Positions 46,640 through 48,378 of a stretch of DNA of 48,378 nt are shown here, piece by piece. The position numbers were made by a program, and so were the translations under genes. Each line of letters begins with the position of its first letter. Position 1 is the stretch's first letter. The notes below the pieces were generated by a model, which was given only the letters and a program-made list of their open reading frames with translations, was not told the origin of the DNA and did no database searches. The DNA comes from an uncultured Eubacteriales bacterium (lineage in GTDB: Bacteria > Bacillota > Clostridia > Christensenellales > UBA1242): the NCBI GenBank assembly GCA_948787875.1, contig CAQFKO010000002.1:1-48378 (forward strand). Reading direction: 5' to 3'.

Positions 46640-46688
46640 TTGACAATAATATAATAATGTTGTACTATTGTGTTAGTTAAGTAACACA
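46640..46688 (+). promoter_or_regulatory. Promoter plus palindromic operator of the GntR/ABC operon
   Basis: TTGACA, a 17-nt spacer, then TACTAT. The 20-nt palindrome tgtgttagttaagtaacaca (46669-46688, one mismatched pair) follows immediately. Confidence 0.45.
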
Positions 46689-46705
46689 GTAAACAAAGGA
46701 GAATT

Positions 46706-47074
46706 ATGACGTACAAGTTTTTGGGTGATAAGCCGATATTTTTGCAATTAGCCGAAATTATTAAAAATGAAATAGTAAGTGGCAGGATTAAAGCGGGAGA
46801 AAAGCTTAATTCGGTGAGAGAATATTCTGCACTTTATAAAGTGAATCCAAACACAGTTCAAAAGGCATTGTATGAGTTGGAGGAGCAAGGGCTGATTTAT
46901 ACCGATCGCACAAACGGCAAGTTTGTTTCTGACGATTTAAATGTTGTTCAAAATGTCAGGCGAAATGAAGTTAAGGCAAAGGTTCAAGACTTTTTGTTTA
47001 GTATGAAAAATTTTGGGCTTACAAAAAAAGAGATTATAAAAATTATTAATAATTTGGAGGGTAGTGATGAGTGA
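46706..47074 (+). CDS. GntR-family transcriptional regulator, YtrA subfamily
   Basis: 122 aa. The winged-HTH segment reads KLNSVREYSALYKVNPNTVQKALYELEEQGLIYT. The short C-terminus is typical of YtrA-like regulators, and an ABC ATPase follows. Confidence 0.8.
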   Translation: MTYKFLGDKPIFLQLAEIIKNEIVSGRIKAGEKLNSVREYSALYKVNPNTVQKALYELEEQGLIYTDRTNGKFVSDDLNVVQNVRRNEVKAKVQDFLFSMKNFGLTKKEIIKIINNLEGSDE

Positions 47075-47768
47075 ATTGTTGGAGCTTAAAAATCTAAGCA
47101 AAAGTTTTGGAGAAAAAGTTGTTTTGGACAATGTTAATTTAACTATTGGAGGCGGAAAGATTGTTGGTCTGCTTGGGAAAAATGGAAGCGGAAAGACAAC
47201 AATATTTAAACTTATAAATGACCTTTTGACTGCCACCAGCGGTGAAGTTTTGGTTGAAGGCAAAAAAGTTGGGGTGGAGAGCAAAAAAATTATATCTTAT
47301 CTTCCTGAGCGCACTTATTTTAACCAGCAAATGAAAGTAAAAGATGCTCTTGATTATTTTGAAGATTTTTATGCGGATTTTGACAGAGAAAAGGCGGAAA
47401 AACTTTTGTTAGACCTTGAACTTGACAAAGATGTAAGACTTTCAAAAATGTCTAAGGGTATGAAAGAAAAAGTTCAGTTGGTTTTGGTTATGAGCAGAAA
47501 GGCAAAGCTTTATATTTTGGACGAACCGCTTGGCGGAGTTGACCCTGCAAGCAGGGATTATATCTTAGATACTATTTTGCAAAACTTTAACGAAGATGCA
47601 ACACTTTTGATATCAACTCATATGATTTACGATATTGAAAGAATTTTGGATGAAGTTGTTATGATTGATAACGGCAAGATTGTTATGCAAGGCGAGGCAG
47701 ATAAATTAAGAGCAAAAGAAAATGCTTCGATTGATGAAATTTTCAGGAGGAAATTTTATGTTAAATAA
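47064..47768 (+). CDS. ABC transporter ATP-binding protein
   Basis: Walker A GKNGSGKTT, signature LSKGMKEKV and Walker B LYILDEP. It overlaps the upstream gene by 11 nt. Confidence 0.9.
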   Translation: MMSELLELKNLSKSFGEKVVLDNVNLTIGGGKIVGLLGKNGSGKTTIFKLINDLLTATSGEVLVEGKKVGVESKKIISYLPERTYFNQQMKVKDALDYFEDFYADFDREKAEKLLLDLELDKDVRLSKMSKGMKEKVQLVLVMSRKAKLYILDEPLGGVDPASRDYILDTILQNFNEDATLLISTHMIYDIERILDEVVMIDNGKIVMQGEADKLRAKENASIDEIFRRKFYVK

Positions 47769-48378
47769 ACTTTTAAAATATGAATTAAAACGAAGTTTCA
47801 GCTGGCTTTGGATTCTTGCATTAATCACTTTAATCAGTTGCTCGGTTACAAGGCTTGTGGGAATTGGTTCGGGAGCGTTTTTTGTTATTTTGAATGTGAT
47901 ATTTGTTTCTATTTCGGTTACGCTTGCGGTGAATGTTTTGCTTCAACCTTTTATCAGAATATTTGTCGGCTTTCAAAAAGATTTATATGGTGACGAAAGT
48001 TATTTGATGCACACTTTGCCCGTTACAAAAAACCAAATTTTTGCTTCAAAATTATTGTCTGCACTTATTCAACTTTTGTTTGCATTTGTTATTTTTGCGT
48101 TGTCATTATTTATAATTTATTATTCACCCGCAAACAGCCAAGCTATAATGAATTTGATTAATTTAAGCATTCAATCGTCTTTCCCAGGGGCAACTATTAG
48201 TGCAACAGCAATTATTCTTCTTTTGGTTTTGCTTGTTATAATTCAAATTTTTACCATTACTGCTTCGATAATAACAAGTATTGTTGTGGTAAACAAAAAT
48301 TGCCAATCAAAGAAAAATTTGATTTGTTGTTATAAGATAGGTTTGCAATTCAAAAGCAAGCCTATTTTTTATTACCCA
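47758..48378 (+). CDS. Membrane protein of the YtrA-type ABC operon (open to the window edge)
   Basis: ATG at 47758 after AGGAGG, overlapping the ATPase stop. The translation is hydrophobic (WLWILALITLISCSV, FFVILNVIFVSISVTLAVNVLL, LIQLLFAFVIFALSLFIIYY, AIILLLVLLVIIQIFTITASIITSIVVV). There is no in-frame stop before 48378, so the ORF track does not list it. Confidence 0.6.
   Translation, partial: MLNKLLKYELKRSFSWLWILALITLISCSVTRLVGIGSGAFFVILNVIFVSISVTLAVNVLLQPFIRIFVGFQKDLYGDESYLMHTLPVTKNQIFASKLLSALIQLLFAFVIFALSLFIIYYSPANSQAIMNLINLSIQSSFPGATISATAIILLLVLLVIIQIFTITASIITSIVVVNKNCQSKKNLICCYKIGLQFKSKPIFYYP
48337..48371 (+). terminator. Terminator-like hairpin inside the open reading frame
   Basis: ataggtttgc-aattcaaaa-gcaagcctat followed by T5-6. 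Confidence 0.4.

Noticed and set aside
1-48378. Scan for tRNA, rRNA, integrase or transposase genes, or prophage boundaries.
   Set aside because: I found none by eye. There are no GC-rich cloverleaf-like pockets and no recombinase motifs. A tRNAscan or Infernal run would be needed to be certain.

Overview
This is a low-GC bacterial chromosome segment that uses the standard genetic code. TGA acts as a stop, and an RF2 gene with its TGA-dependent +1 frameshift is present. Gene content looks Bacillota-like: a DnaB/DnaD-type plus DnaI-type helicase-loader pair, YfhO, AcpS, and an L10 leader with a terminator hairpin. Most of the window is housekeeping. It carries dnaB-like/dnaI, sbcDC, a GT8 glycosyltransferase, a LOG-family protein, a PflX-like radical SAM protein, an RlmD-type methyltransferase, miaA, hisS, rdgB, acpS, a YfhO-like membrane protein, prfB, tsaD, the rpmG-secE-nusG-rplK-rplA and rplJ-rplL clusters, an HD-domain protein, map, a MazG-like protein, fba, gap, and a YtrA-type GntR/ABC operon that runs off the right edge. 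I found no rRNA, tRNA, CRISPR array, integrase or transposase. Several gene sets match no family I can name. (1) Two tandem paralogs at 9.1-11.4 kb share an internally duplicated domain. (2) A 2-kb two-gene cassette sits between rplKA and rplJL, and each gene has its own near-consensus promoter and terminator. (3) A two-gene orphan operon lies divergent from a 2,483-aa N-terminally anchored surface protein. That protein contains ten copies of an unassigned ~75-aa module interleaved with Listeria-Bacteroides-type repeats, followed by a BspA-type LRR half. (4) A 562-aa two-TM orphan is convergent with a tandem-HTH regulator. Non-coding oddities include an ORF-less promoter-to-terminator unit upstream of prfB, a 128-bp element with perfect 17-bp terminal inverted repeats after gap, and a small gene broken by two compensating frameshifts. 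All functional calls rest on motif recognition by eye; no database search was possible.
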